Of a stretch of DNA of 64,000 nucleotides, positions 55,541 through 64,000 are shown piece by piece (within the stretch, counting starts at the first letter, position 1; each line of letters opens with the position of its first letter). The position numbers and the translations under genes were made by a program. The stretch is from Candidatus Nanoarchaeia archaeon (GTDB taxonomy: Archaea > Nanobdellota > Nanobdellia > Woesearchaeales > GW2011-AR9): assembly GCA_035291085.1 (NCBI GenBank), contig DATDTA010000145.1:193-64192 (forward strand), given 5' to 3'. The notes under the pieces were generated by a model. It did not search any database. It was not told where the DNA came from and saw nothing but the letters and a program-made list of their open reading frames with translations.

Positions 55541-58510
55541 TTACTCATTCCACCAGTCCTCCTTCGTTAGCACAGTATAAGGAAAAAGATCGCAGGAGGC
55601 TTTCTTACCCATAATTTCCCAGTAATGCTTGGGATCAAGGGCAGATTCTACTTGTCTGTTGCCAGGACGTAATACGGAAATATTTTCGGGATTGAAGACT
55701 TCACCTTTCTTAATCGGTTTGACTACAAATATTTTTCGTCGCACAAACTTCATCATGCTACGCTGCTCTTCCGTTAATGTTATCTCCCCGTCGCCAAGCC
55801 AAGCTTGATCAATATATATGTGCTTACCTTCTTGAAGCTGTTTCTCAGTTTCACGTACAACTTGCACCATCTGTTTAAGCTCTGCTGGCTCCAGGGACAT
55901 TTTATGGTCGATCCCTTCCATAGCCCTGGAAAGAGTAAAATGTTTTTCGATGATTTTTGCTCCAAGCGCGACTGCAGCTGAGGGGACACCCATATAGTCC
56001 ATGGTGTGGTCAGAGTACCCAACCACTACTTCAGGGAAAAAAGTCGATATTGTTTTTAAGGCCTTCAGATTTGCAGAAGAAGGAGGAGCAGGATATTTAG
56101 CGACGCAATGTAAGATCGAGAGGGATTTATTACCTGTTGAAGCAACCGTTGCGACCGCTTCTTGTACTTCTTTGAGTTGCGCTCCACCGATAGAAAAAAT
56201 CAGAGGCTTGCCAGTAAAAGCAGCTTTTTTCAACAGCGGCAGATGTGTAGTTTCAGAACTGGCTATTTTAAACATTCCAACATGCCGGTCAAGAATATCT
56301 ACCCCTTTTTCATCAAAGACACTAGCAAAAAGAATTAGGCCTTTACTTTGTGCGTACGCAGCTAAGTCAGGAATCCACCACCCCGGAAATTCAGTTTTCT
56401 TCCAGACTTGATAGATATCTACTTCCTCACCCCATTCATTACGAAAGTGGCCCGCATCTGGAACATAAAGTCCTTCTGCCGTAAGCCATTGAAATTTCAC
56501 TGCATCAACACCAGCAGCAGCAGCAACATCGATTAATTTTTTAGCGAGGTTAAAATCACCGTTGTGATTGACACCTGCTTCAGCTATGATGAAACAAGGC
56601 TGATTACTACCAATTATTCTTGTCCCGACTTTGAAAGACACTTTCGGTTTCTCTTCTGTTATTGATGCATATTCAGAATCTTGGAGTATTCTGTATTTCA
56701 CTTCTGCAATTTTCCAATCTTCTTCAGTGTCGATATCCTGGACTTCCAGATCACTTAAGATTACTGCACCGGAATTAGTTGTCCAGAGCAGCTTGTGTCT
56801 CTTGAAACTTTCAGTTTTCATCCAGTAGAATTGTCCACTGTCATGATAAGCTGGCATCAGGTCTTGTGAGCGTTTAGTCAAGTTCTCTGGGTTAATCATG
56901 CTTAGCTTCTCCCCCTCAATTTTAAGAGCCCGTTGGATAGGGTAAGTGTAACGACGTACGGGACATACTGAATCGTAATTCTTTTCGATCATTAAAGAAA
57001 AACATTCTTGCATCTTTTCAACTGAAACAAAAGGTGCAGTCGGAAGCAGACAACAGAAATAATCAAACGTTTTTCCCTGGAGTTCATATCGCTCTAGGAC
57101 TTCCCCCATCACTTCGGCAAGATGAGCAAAATCATTTGCTGTTTTTTCAGATCTCAGAAAAGGCACTTTCGCTCCGGCCCGGATAGCAATTTCAGCAATT
57201 TCTTTATCGTCTGTCGATACCATCACTTCGTCAAATAGTCCCGACTTAATTGCACACTCTATAGAATAAGTGATGATCGGCTTTCCCAAAAAATGCTTTA
57301 TGTTTTTTCGAGGAATTCTCTTGCTTCCCCCCCGCGCAGGAATGATCGCAATTCTACTTTTTCTTGTAGACATAAAAAATTGTTGTATATTAACTATAAC
57401 CCGGTTTTGTTCTTGTTCCATCAAACTAGGATAGATCGGTAAACTGATAATTTTTTCGTAAAATTGTTCAGCGTTAGGACAAAGTCGAGGCTTATACCCT
57501 TTCTGGCGATAATAAGGCTGTAAATAAATAGGCAGATAATGCACCTGGCATAAAATATCTCGTTCTTTCAAATACTCAAATAGAGTACGCCGTATTTTTC
57601 CATTCTTAACTTTAAGAATAAATAAATGATAGGAATTAACCAGGTCGTTTTGTTCTTCTACCATTTCCAATTCTGGATTTTTTTTGAAAGCTTCCCCGTA
57701 CTTGTTCGCCAATTCTCTCCTTTTCTCAATAAAAGAATCTATCTTCGTAAGTTGGCTCATCCCTAAAGCACATTGAAAATCAGTCATGCGATAGTTATAT
57801 CCTAACTCCTGCATCTCTTGATGCCATGGCCCTTCGTCTTTATACCAAAACAGTTCAGGATTTTTCGTTATTCCGTGGGTGCGCAATTTCAATAACTTCT
57901 CATACAGATCTTTGGAGTTAGTCGTAATCATTCCACCTTCACCGGTAGTAATATGTTTCACGGGATGAAAACTGAAGCAACTCATCTGGGAATATGTACA
58001 GTCGCCTATTTTGCTCTCCTTGTACCTTGCACCCAGAGCATGACAAGCATCTTCGATAACGACCAAGTTATGCTTTGATGCAATCTTTTGGATTGCTTCT
58101 AAATCACAGGGCAATCCGCCATAATGAACAGGAAGGATTATTTTTGTCGCAGCAGTTATCTTTTTTTCAACTTCTGCTGGATCAATCAAACCTTGCTCAG
58201 TAATATCCGCAAACACCGGAGTAGCGCCACAATAGAGGGTGCAATTGGCAGAGGCGACAAAACTGAGCGGTGAAGTAATCAATTCTTCTCCCGGCTTCAA
58301 ACCGGCAGCCAGACAAGCTAGATGAAGAGCTGCAGTTCCGCTAGAAACTGCTACGGCATATTTCGCTCCAACATAATTTGCAAACTTTTCTTCAAACTCT
58401 TTTATTTTCGGCCCCGTAGTTAAGAAATCATCTTGAAGGGCTTTCTGTACCGCTGCAAGATCATCTTCTTGGATTGATTGTTTCCCATAAGGAATTTTCT
58501 CTGAAACCAC
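55541..58510 (-). CDS. Triple fusion for nonulosonic-acid biosynthesis: DegT/PseC/LegC-like aminotransferase (aa 1 to about 380), then a CMP-nonulosonate cytidylyltransferase (NeuA/LegF/PseF-like, about 383-620), then a nonulosonate synthase (NeuB/LegI/PseI-like with C-terminal SAF domain, about 640-989).
   Basis: N-terminal KYAVAVSSGTAALHLA and SFHPVKHITTGEGGMITT (DegT). Middle SRIAIIPARGGSKRIPRKN (CMP-NeuAc synthetase P-loop-like). C-terminal PCFIIAEAGVNHNGDFNLAKKLIDVAAAAGVDAVKFQ (NeuB TIM barrel) and a terminal SAF-like region (IFVVKPIKKGEVF). Confidence 0.85.
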   Translation of the reverse strand: MVSEKIPYGKQSIQEDDLAAVQKALQDDFLTTGPKIKEFEEKFANYVGAKYAVAVSSGTAALHLACLAAGLKPGEELITSPLSFVASANCTLYCGATPVFADITEQGLIDPAEVEKKITAATKIILPVHYGGLPCDLEAIQKIASKHNLVVIEDACHALGARYKESKIGDCTYSQMSCFSFHPVKHITTGEGGMITTNSKDLYEKLLKLRTHGITKNPELFWYKDEGPWHQEMQELGYNYRMTDFQCALGMSQLTKIDSFIEKRRELANKYGEAFKKNPELEMVEEQNDLVNSYHLFILKVKNGKIRRTLFEYLKERDILCQVHYLPIYLQPYYRQKGYKPRLCPNAEQFYEKIISLPIYPSLMEQEQNRVIVNIQQFFMSTRKSRIAIIPARGGSKRIPRKNIKHFLGKPIITYSIECAIKSGLFDEVMVSTDDKEIAEIAIRAGAKVPFLRSEKTANDFAHLAEVMGEVLERYELQGKTFDYFCCLLPTAPFVSVEKMQECFSLMIEKNYDSVCPVRRYTYPIQRALKIEGEKLSMINPENLTKRSQDLMPAYHDSGQFYWMKTESFKRHKLLWTTNSGAVILSDLEVQDIDTEEDWKIAEVKYRILQDSEYASITEEKPKVSFKVGTRIIGSNQPCFIIAEAGVNHNGDFNLAKKLIDVAAAAGVDAVKFQWLTAEGLYVPDAGHFRNEWGEEVDIYQVWKKTEFPGWWIPDLAAYAQSKGLILFASVFDEKGVDILDRHVGMFKIASSETTHLPLLKKAAFTGKPLIFSIGGAQLKEVQEAVATVASTGNKSLSILHCVAKYPAPPSSANLKALKTISTFFPEVVVGYSDHTMDYMGVPSAAVALGAKIIEKHFTLSRAMEGIDHKMSLEPAELKQMVQVVRETEKQLQEGKHIYIDQAWLGDGEITLTEEQRSMMKFVRRKIFVVKPIKKGEVFNPENISVLRPGNRQVESALDPKHYWEIMGKKASCDLFPYTVLTKEDWWNE

Positions 58511-58611
58511 GGCTTATTCTGCTTTAAGAGCATATTTAAAGATTACGAAATAGGCATCTTTTTTGTGGGTTCTTCCTCAAAATTTAAATAGGAGCCACCT
58601 AAATCAAATTT

Positions 58612-59721
58612 ATGCGCATTGCCTTCCTTACTACTGGATTTTCGCAAGGAAATAAAGAAGCAACTAAAATAACCATCAGCTTACTAGCGCGAACGCTGCA
58701 AAAACAAGGACAGGAAATATCCATCATTACCCAAGGAAAGTCCTCCGAGCATGAGCAAGGATTATCTATCTTTCGTGCTTCTTCCCCAATTGTAAAAGGC
58801 CTACTCTCGTATCCATTAGCATTACATAAGACTCAGAAAAAATTCCACATACTTCATGGTTTCAGCGCTGCACCAGCTTTGATTCTACGTTCATTATTAT
58901 CAAGGCATTTTTCTCAAAATGCTAAAATCGTTCATAGTCTAAAATCATATTCTAAAAGTAAGTGGGGAAGAAAAGGATATTGGCTGCTCAATAACGCTGA
59001 TGTAGTAACTGTACCTACCGAGGTATTCAAACGACGACTGATTGCTCGTGGTGTAAAGGAACGGAAGATCAAAGTTATTCATTCACCGATCGATTGCCAG
59101 CGATTTGTTCCTTTCACAGCAACAGAGAAAAGCAAGCTACGCAAAAAGTTAGGATTATCCAAAAAGATTATATTTTATTATGGCGGGACCTGGAACGGCA
59201 AAGGTGTACAAGACTTACTAAGAGCATTTACTTTTCTTCTTCACCAGCACGATGCAGAATTACTTCTTGCTCCACGTTATCCATTAGAAAAAAAACATCT
59301 TCAAACCATCCAACAACTTGGCATTGCTGATCGAGTTCGCATGGTCCAGGAAGAGATTGATGTTCCAAAATACTTGAATGCTGTCGATCTGCTAGTTCTT
59401 CCTTATCGTAGTTTAGTTGGCACAGAAGGTAATCCCTCTTGTCTGCTGGAAGCCATGGCCTGCAAAACGCCAGTAGTGACCACAGCTTTACCAGAATTAC
59501 AAGAAATAGTAGGGACAGAAAAAGAAGTTTTGATGGTCAGACCACGAGACCCTGCATCCTTAGCCTTAGCTATGGCACGTTTGCTGGAAAATGCGACACT
59601 GCGGAAGCGATTGACTGAAAATGCTCATCGTAAAGCTCAGGAATTTGATGTGAAGAAGATTGCCTCAGAGCTGATGAAAGTGTATAAGATAGCAAGTATT
59701 CCTGTTCCAAAAAGGATATAA
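58612..59721 (+). CDS. GT4-family glycosyltransferase.
   Basis: SD-like AGGAG 8 nt upstream. EGNPSCLLEAMACKTPVVTT (E-x7-E block). Confidence 0.75.
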   Translation: MRIAFLTTGFSQGNKEATKITISLLARTLQKQGQEISIITQGKSSEHEQGLSIFRASSPIVKGLLSYPLALHKTQKKFHILHGFSAAPALILRSLLSRHFSQNAKIVHSLKSYSKSKWGRKGYWLLNNADVVTVPTEVFKRRLIARGVKERKIKVIHSPIDCQRFVPFTATEKSKLRKKLGLSKKIIFYYGGTWNGKGVQDLLRAFTFLLHQHDAELLLAPRYPLEKKHLQTIQQLGIADRVRMVQEEIDVPKYLNAVDLLVLPYRSLVGTEGNPSCLLEAMACKTPVVTTALPELQEIVGTEKEVLMVRPRDPASLALAMARLLENATLRKRLTENAHRKAQEFDVKKIASELMKVYKIASIPVPKRI

Positions 59722-59740
59722 AGTAAGTTCCCTCATTTTC

Positions 59741-60799
59741 ATGACATTTTTAACTTATAACTGCCAGAAATTAAAAAAAATGAAAATTTACTGCAACATA
59801 GATCTTGACGGAAGAAATTTCGAAGGTAGAACTCAGCTAGCCTTAGCTATAACCAAATATTTGCAAGATCAAGGATATACTTTTACTAACGATCCCGCAG
59901 AAGCAGATCTTATTCATTTCCACAGCAGCGGTATCGGGGATTCATACCGAGCATATCAGCTGAAGAGAAAATATAATCTTCCTGTAATCTATTCTCTTTA
60001 TTCCAACGCTCAAACTTCATGGCTGATGCACCCCATTAATTTTTTAATCCAAGGAATATATTTTCAGAAAACTGCTACCAAATTTTTAGCCAGTTATTCT
60101 GCAGCAATTCCCTTACGCTGGAGAGCTCATTTTTTACAGAGGCTGGATAAAGTAATTGTGCCTTCTACATACCTTAAACAAAAATTATATCCAAACACCG
60201 AAGTCATTACCCTTGGAGTAAATCCAGAAAAATATAAACCTTTAGAGAAAAAACAAGCTAAGAAAGCAAAAGCAGTCAAAATAGCATACTTTGGTCATCC
60301 CGGGGTGTTTAAAGGATTGAACGACTTTGTTCAAGCCTCAAAACTATTTGGAAAAGAACTTGAAACCCATGTTTTCTTAACTCAACGATTTGAAAAAGTA
60401 GACCAATATATCCAAAAACATAATCCCCAGATAAAAATTCATGGCTTTGTAGAAGATCTTGTTGCTATGTACAATGAGATGGACATTATTGTCCTTCCCT
60501 ACCGCATGGAAATCGGCACTGTTGCTAATCCTTTAGTCCTATTGGAAGCCATGGCTTGTGGAAAAGCTATCATCACTACCGATCATGAATTTATTAAAGA
60601 GATAGTGCAGGATTCAGCTATAGTGGTGAAGAAAAATTCGCCTCATTCAATAGCTAAAGCGGTACAAAGCCTTGCCAAGGATTTAGCCCAGAGAAAAAAT
60701 GTAGGCGAAGGTGCAAGAAAAATAGTTGTAGAAAGATACAATCTTACCAAAATGTTAGAAAAGTATCATCAACTGTATCAGGCTTATGAAAAGAAATAG
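59741..60799 (+). CDS. GT4-family glycosyltransferase. The true start may be the internal Met at about 59782.
   Basis: ANPLVLLEAMACGKAIITT (E-x7-E block). Confidence 0.7.
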   Translation: MTFLTYNCQKLKKMKIYCNIDLDGRNFEGRTQLALAITKYLQDQGYTFTNDPAEADLIHFHSSGIGDSYRAYQLKRKYNLPVIYSLYSNAQTSWLMHPINFLIQGIYFQKTATKFLASYSAAIPLRWRAHFLQRLDKVIVPSTYLKQKLYPNTEVITLGVNPEKYKPLEKKQAKKAKAVKIAYFGHPGVFKGLNDFVQASKLFGKELETHVFLTQRFEKVDQYIQKHNPQIKIHGFVEDLVAMYNEMDIIVLPYRMEIGTVANPLVLLEAMACGKAIITTDHEFIKEIVQDSAIVVKKNSPHSIAKAVQSLAKDLAQRKNVGEGARKIVVERYNLTKMLEKYHQLYQAYEKK

Positions 60800-60843
60800 G
60801 CCTTGGTTGTTAAAAGAAAAAATCTAGCTAGAAGAGTTGGAAA

Positions 60844-62133
60844 TCACCACCAATTTCTCAGTAAATAGCTCTCCACAAATTCTAAAGCTTGGACATTCCT
60901 TTTTCCCTTTCCGCCAGTCTGCAATTTTAAAGAATAAGTAAAACGATTAAATATCTCTAACTGCCTCTTTAGATCATCAATATTTTCCGCTGGCCTTCTT
61001 TCCTTAAGCACTTCCGGCGTATTGTACAAGAAAATAGTCAAAGTCGGTTTAGGAAGGAACCATAATAAAAATCGTTTAAATCCAAAAGTAACATTTTTCA
61101 TTAACATAATATCGGAGCCATAACGATCCGTTATAACGATTCTTTTCTGCATCCGAGCTGGAAAAACCCGAGCATAATAGCGAAGTAATTGATCAAACAG
61201 AAATACTGGCGCCGAGGCAGTGTATAATAATTTCTTAGAAAATAACGATTTTGCAGCTGCCGCCGGTGATGGTGAAAGAGCCATTCTTTTCTTTTCCGTA
61301 CGTTTATACATCCGGCCTATCCGGGTGATTGGCAAAAGATGATTCCTTCCTCGCCCCGTATAGACAACCTTAACCCGCCTCCATTTTGCTTCCAGATGTT
61401 CCCGAAGAGAAGAGACTAAAGTTGACTTTCCTGCTCCATCCGGGCCAAGAACGCTAATCAAAGGAGCCGGAGTGAAAAATCTTTTCCATCTCAACCAGCG
61501 CCCACATAAAGCTAAAAATGTGGTGATATGGCGTAGCTTCTTCACCACAAAATATGCCGCGAGGGAATAAGTTGGAATTTTTTCAAATTTCTGTTGCTCC
61601 ACTAAATCAAGAATAGTAGCTGCTTTTCTTCTGTTAAAAATGCGTGAAAGAGCAGCAAGAACCTCGTTTCTATCGTACTTCATAGAAGAAATAATACGCT
61701 GATACTTCTGTTTAAAATAGCGCTTTCCTAAAATGGAATGAACTATGTACATAACAAAAACATCATTTTCCGCTAAGACAAAAAAGAACTCTTTAGCAGT
61801 TTTATTTTTCAAAATACTCTCATCAAGATAGCGCATATCATTCCAATACACACCGCCAACCTGAACATCGAAACTAACCAGTTTTAAATCTACTAATTTA
61901 AAATATGCCTTATGTGCTAATGAAAATTGCTGTTTTCGTTTCATAAAACCAAAATTATGTAACACTTCTCCAACACGAACCAGATCCTGTTTTGAAACAA
62001 CTATATCTAAACCTTCAATTGGAAAAGAATTATCGTAGAGAAACTCATAATTACGTAACAAACAATATTGAATACCTCGAGCATTAAATTCCGTTAGAAC
62101 TTTTTTATACCAATCAACTTGTATATTTGGCAT
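60844..62133 (-). CDS. Two-domain protein: N-terminal nucleotidyltransferase-like region joined to a C-terminal P-loop kinase/NTPase domain.
   Basis: Walker A VLGPDGAGKSTLVSSL (thymidylate-kinase/APS-kinase-like) in the C-terminal half. The N-terminal 200 aa are unassigned (GLDIVV block). Confidence 0.45.
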   Translation of the reverse strand: MPNIQVDWYKKVLTEFNARGIQYCLLRNYEFLYDNSFPIEGLDIVVSKQDLVRVGEVLHNFGFMKRKQQFSLAHKAYFKLVDLKLVSFDVQVGGVYWNDMRYLDESILKNKTAKEFFFVLAENDVFVMYIVHSILGKRYFKQKYQRIISSMKYDRNEVLAALSRIFNRRKAATILDLVEQQKFEKIPTYSLAAYFVVKKLRHITTFLALCGRWLRWKRFFTPAPLISVLGPDGAGKSTLVSSLREHLEAKWRRVKVVYTGRGRNHLLPITRIGRMYKRTEKKRMALSPSPAAAAKSLFSKKLLYTASAPVFLFDQLLRYYARVFPARMQKRIVITDRYGSDIMLMKNVTFGFKRFLLWFLPKPTLTIFLYNTPEVLKERRPAENIDDLKRQLEIFNRFTYSLKLQTGGKGKRNVQALEFVESYLLRNWW

Positions 62134-62587
62134 TCTTCCTCCTTTTCTTCATGAGGATGATAATAAAATACGCTAGCAGAGCAGGAATCAACACTAAATA
62201 AGATTGGTCGGGCCAAATCCAATTAAGGGTATATTTATCAGTTGTGAAAGGATAAAGCCAGGATATGCCGCCTAGGAAATGCCGCAAGAGAGTATCTGAT
62301 AAAAGGTGTGTTAATGTACCTAAACCTAGCCAAGTCACAGTGTGACTATATTTATACCTAAAAAGCGGAGCGATGAGGAGTATTACCAATACTAACACAA
62401 AAGGCACGTGAAAAGCATCCAAGAATTGATAATTCCAATTTGGGATAGGGATGAAAAGTTCTAAAAGAGTCAATTTTGGCAAAAGGTCAGGCAATAATGC
62501 TCCAATCAAAACGACACTTTTCTTTTTTATATCCAGGAGTTCTGCGAATACTAAGGCAATAACAATATGGGTCAACCAATCAGGCAC
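62114..62587 (-). CDS. Membrane-bound metal-dependent hydrolase, YdjM/DUF457-like.
   Basis: MPDWLTHIVIALVFAELL N-terminus with His-rich membrane segments (THLLSDTLLRHF). Confidence 0.55.
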   Translation of the reverse strand: MPDWLTHIVIALVFAELLDIKKKSVVLIGALLPDLLPKLTLLELFIPIPNWNYQFLDAFHVPFVLVLVILLIAPLFRYKYSHTVTWLGLGTLTHLLSDTLLRHFLGGISWLYPFTTDKYTLNWIWPDQSYLVLIPALLAYFIIILMKKRRKNAKYTS

Positions 62588-63029
62588 GTTTAATTCCCCT
62601 CCAGGTTATTTTCCATTCTTTCAAAAAGTAGAATAATACTATCAAACCTGCTAAAAAAGAACTTCCATAAATGCTAATATACGCATAATTATAATTATGT
62701 ACTCCCTCTGCAAAGATCGATCCATCACGCTGTAAAGTCCCATAAATCAACACTTCGCCGTATCTGGGAGGTCCATAATTCACATCATCATTTCTCTCAA
62801 GGTGAACTTTAACGGTGCGTTGATTTTTAATCATAAAAAAGCCCTGCTCAAATCTCCCAGCATATACACCTTTGATGGTCTTCTTCTCTCCAACGTATAA
62901 GGAAGGATTATCTAAGAAATCATCAACACTAAAAGATTTTGAATAGGCTAGGTTGTAGTGAAAGAGGGTTACCAGCAGGGCTACAATAAGTAAGAAATAA
63001 GATATCTTACATAGTAGCCTGATTTTCAT
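62580..63029 (-). CDS. Hypothetical membrane-anchored protein.
   Basis: N- and C-terminal hydrophobic helices. No motif recognised. Confidence 0.35.
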   Translation of the reverse strand: MKIRLLCKISYFLLIVALLVTLFHYNLAYSKSFSVDDFLDNPSLYVGEKKTIKGVYAGRFEQGFFMIKNQRTVKVHLERNDDVNYGPPRYGEVLIYGTLQRDGSIFAEGVHNYNYAYISIYGSSFLAGLIVLFYFLKEWKITWRGIKRA

Positions 63030-63110
63030 TCTTAATCTCTCCAGAATTTCCTTTTTAAAATTAATGGTATATCGTTCTTAAAGATGATGATAACGATATA
63101 AAATAAAAAA

Positions 63111-63581
63111 TCAAGAAAAGTCTACTACTTTAATCTTAAAGTGCAAGGTCTTTCCTGCTAGAGGATGATTTAGGTCGATAGTGACTTCCTCCTTGGTAAC
63201 TTCTACAATCTTAGCTGGAAATTGCATTCCGTTTGGTAATCCTACCGACAAGATCATGCCTATCTTCGGCTCCTGATCCTGCGGCAATTGTTTGCGTGGC
63301 ACTTTCTTGTGCAGTTCAGCTTTTAATTCGCCGTATGCTTCTGCGGGAGGAAGGGTTATATCTTTTTCCTCTCCTTTTTTCATCCCCATCACCGCATCAT
63401 CAAAACCTTTGATCACTTGGCCAGAACCAACTTCAAATTCCAAAGGCTGGCCATGTTTCTCTGAAGCATCGAAAACTGTGCCGTCGTCAAATGTACCAGT
63501 GTAATCTACTTTTACCTTATTTCCTTTCTTTACACTTACTTCCTTTGCAGGCATTATCTCAACTCCCATATAAAACAACAA
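63111..63581 (-). CDS. FKBP-type peptidyl-prolyl cis-trans isomerase (short SlyD/FkpA-core type).
   Basis: VKVDYTGTFDDGTVFDAS...LEFEVGSGQVIKGFDDAVMGMKKGE are canonical FKBP blocks. Confidence 0.85.
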   Translation of the reverse strand: MLFYMGVEIMPAKEVSVKKGNKVKVDYTGTFDDGTVFDASEKHGQPLEFEVGSGQVIKGFDDAVMGMKKGEEKDITLPPAEAYGELKAELHKKVPRKQLPQDQEPKIGMILSVGLPNGMQFPAKIVEVTKEEVTIDLNHPLAGKTLHFKIKVVDFS

Positions 63582-63672
63582 AAACCAAGAATCAGTTTTT
63601 AGTTGTTAGTAATTTCAGCAAAATAATACTTCCATTATTTAAGCGTTACGGAACTAAAGAAGTTAAAGAAAG

Positions 63673-64000
63673 TTAAAAATAGCGAGGATAAACCCCTAAG
63701 AAGAAATCATGCATACTCATCACGGAAGGCTCTAGTTCGCCTAATCGGTTTCTATATCGTTCTGCAAGCCGCTGAGAGAATTTATTGGGAACTCCATCGG
63801 CTGTGATTATTCTGAACTCACTCACCCGACCATACACGCTAGCATCAAATTCAGAAGTCGCTACTTTAATATTCACTAGTCCCCGTAGAGAAGGTTTGTC
63901 GGCACCATGATCACCAAAAAAATAGATCGGCGTAAATACCGGCGCTGTAGGAAGTTCAATTCTTCCGGTTTGGCGGAAATTTTCGCCATTTTCTGTGACA
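63673..64000 (-). CDS. Partial CDS; C-terminal part of a longer protein whose N-terminus lies beyond the window end. Hypothetical.
   Basis: The reading frame stays open from the window edge (...ENGENFRQTGRIELPTAPVFTPIYFFGDHGADKPSLRGLVNIKV...) through the ORF the track lists at 63673..63876. So the tracked M is internal, or a GTG read as Met. Confidence 0.45.
   Translation of the reverse strand, partial: VTENGENFRQTGRIELPTAPVFTPIYFFGDHGADKPSLRGLVNIKVATSEFDASVYGRVSEFRIITADGVPNKFSQRLAERYRNRLGELEPSVMSMHDFFLGVYPRYF

Noticed and set aside
1-64000. CRISPR arrays, tRNA/rRNA genes, transposase or integrase genes.
   Set aside because: By eye I found no regularly spaced direct repeats, no tRNA-like cloverleaf candidates in intergenic regions, and no ORFs with transposase (DDE) or integrase (tyrosine or serine recombinase) motifs. 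I therefore call the island non-mobile. The only cassette-like signal is the palindrome pair around the Fic gene.

Overview
This 64 kb window is a low-GC (about 40%) contig that is almost entirely a surface-glycoconjugate biosynthesis island. Genes are tightly packed, mostly on the minus strand, and several carry Shine-Dalgarno-like sites (e.g. AGGAG before 58612, AGGTGGAG before 918). An acyl carrier protein (ACP), holo-ACP synthase (AcpS) and a FabG-like reductase make a bacterial origin likely, possibly an uncultivated lineage. I found no rRNA, tRNA or CRISPR array by eye.

The island reads as four modules, left to right:

- **Module 1 (1-11.4 kb), phospho-headgroup activation and transfer.** It holds a pyruvate-kinase/ATP-sulfurylase fusion, a LicC-like cytidylyltransferase, two histidine phosphatases (one fused to a methyltransferase), a HIT protein and a C26 amidotransferase-like hydrolase. 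It also holds a cytidylyltransferase fused to a phosphohistidine-swivel kinase of the pyruvate phosphate dikinase (PPDK)/rifampin-phosphotransferase type, and a CDP-alcohol phosphatidyltransferase.
- **Module 2 (11.4-30.6 kb), glycosyltransferases and a UDP-sugar pathway.** GT2, GT4 and GT-C glycosyltransferases sit beside a WbpA/WbpB/WbpE-like set (6-dehydrogenase, Gfo/Idh/MocA oxidoreductase, DegT aminotransferase), a 2-epimerase and an ATP-grasp/epimerase fusion. The module is interrupted by a Fic gene bracketed by two copies of a 10-bp-stem palindrome.
- **Module 3 (30.9-40.8 kb).** A B12-binding radical-SAM enzyme with an overlapping ferredoxin, an SGNH-like hydrolase, an SPFH protein, a carbamoyltransferase, a Wzx-like flippase and a TagF-like protein.
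- **Module 4 (41-60.8 kb), the most unusual part.** It starts with a 1058-aa carbamoyltransferase/M28-like fusion. An ACP-centred acyl-tailoring cassette follows: ACP, AcpS, FabG-like reductase, an ACP-fused acyl-AMP ligase, a D-2-hydroxyacid dehydrogenase, a class I/II aminotransferase, a MaoC-hotdog/AAC(3)-like acyltransferase, an E2/CAT-like protein, two TylF-like methyltransferases, a PhyH-like dioxygenase and a GNAT. Next is a 989-aa triple fusion joining a DegT aminotransferase, a CMP-nonulosonate synthetase (NeuA-like) and a nonulosonate synthase (NeuB-like), then two GT4 genes.

Taken together, module 4 looks like a pathway for a heavily N-acylated, methylated and carbamoylated nonulosonic (legionaminic/pseudaminic-type) acid glycan. 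I have not seen this gene architecture described.
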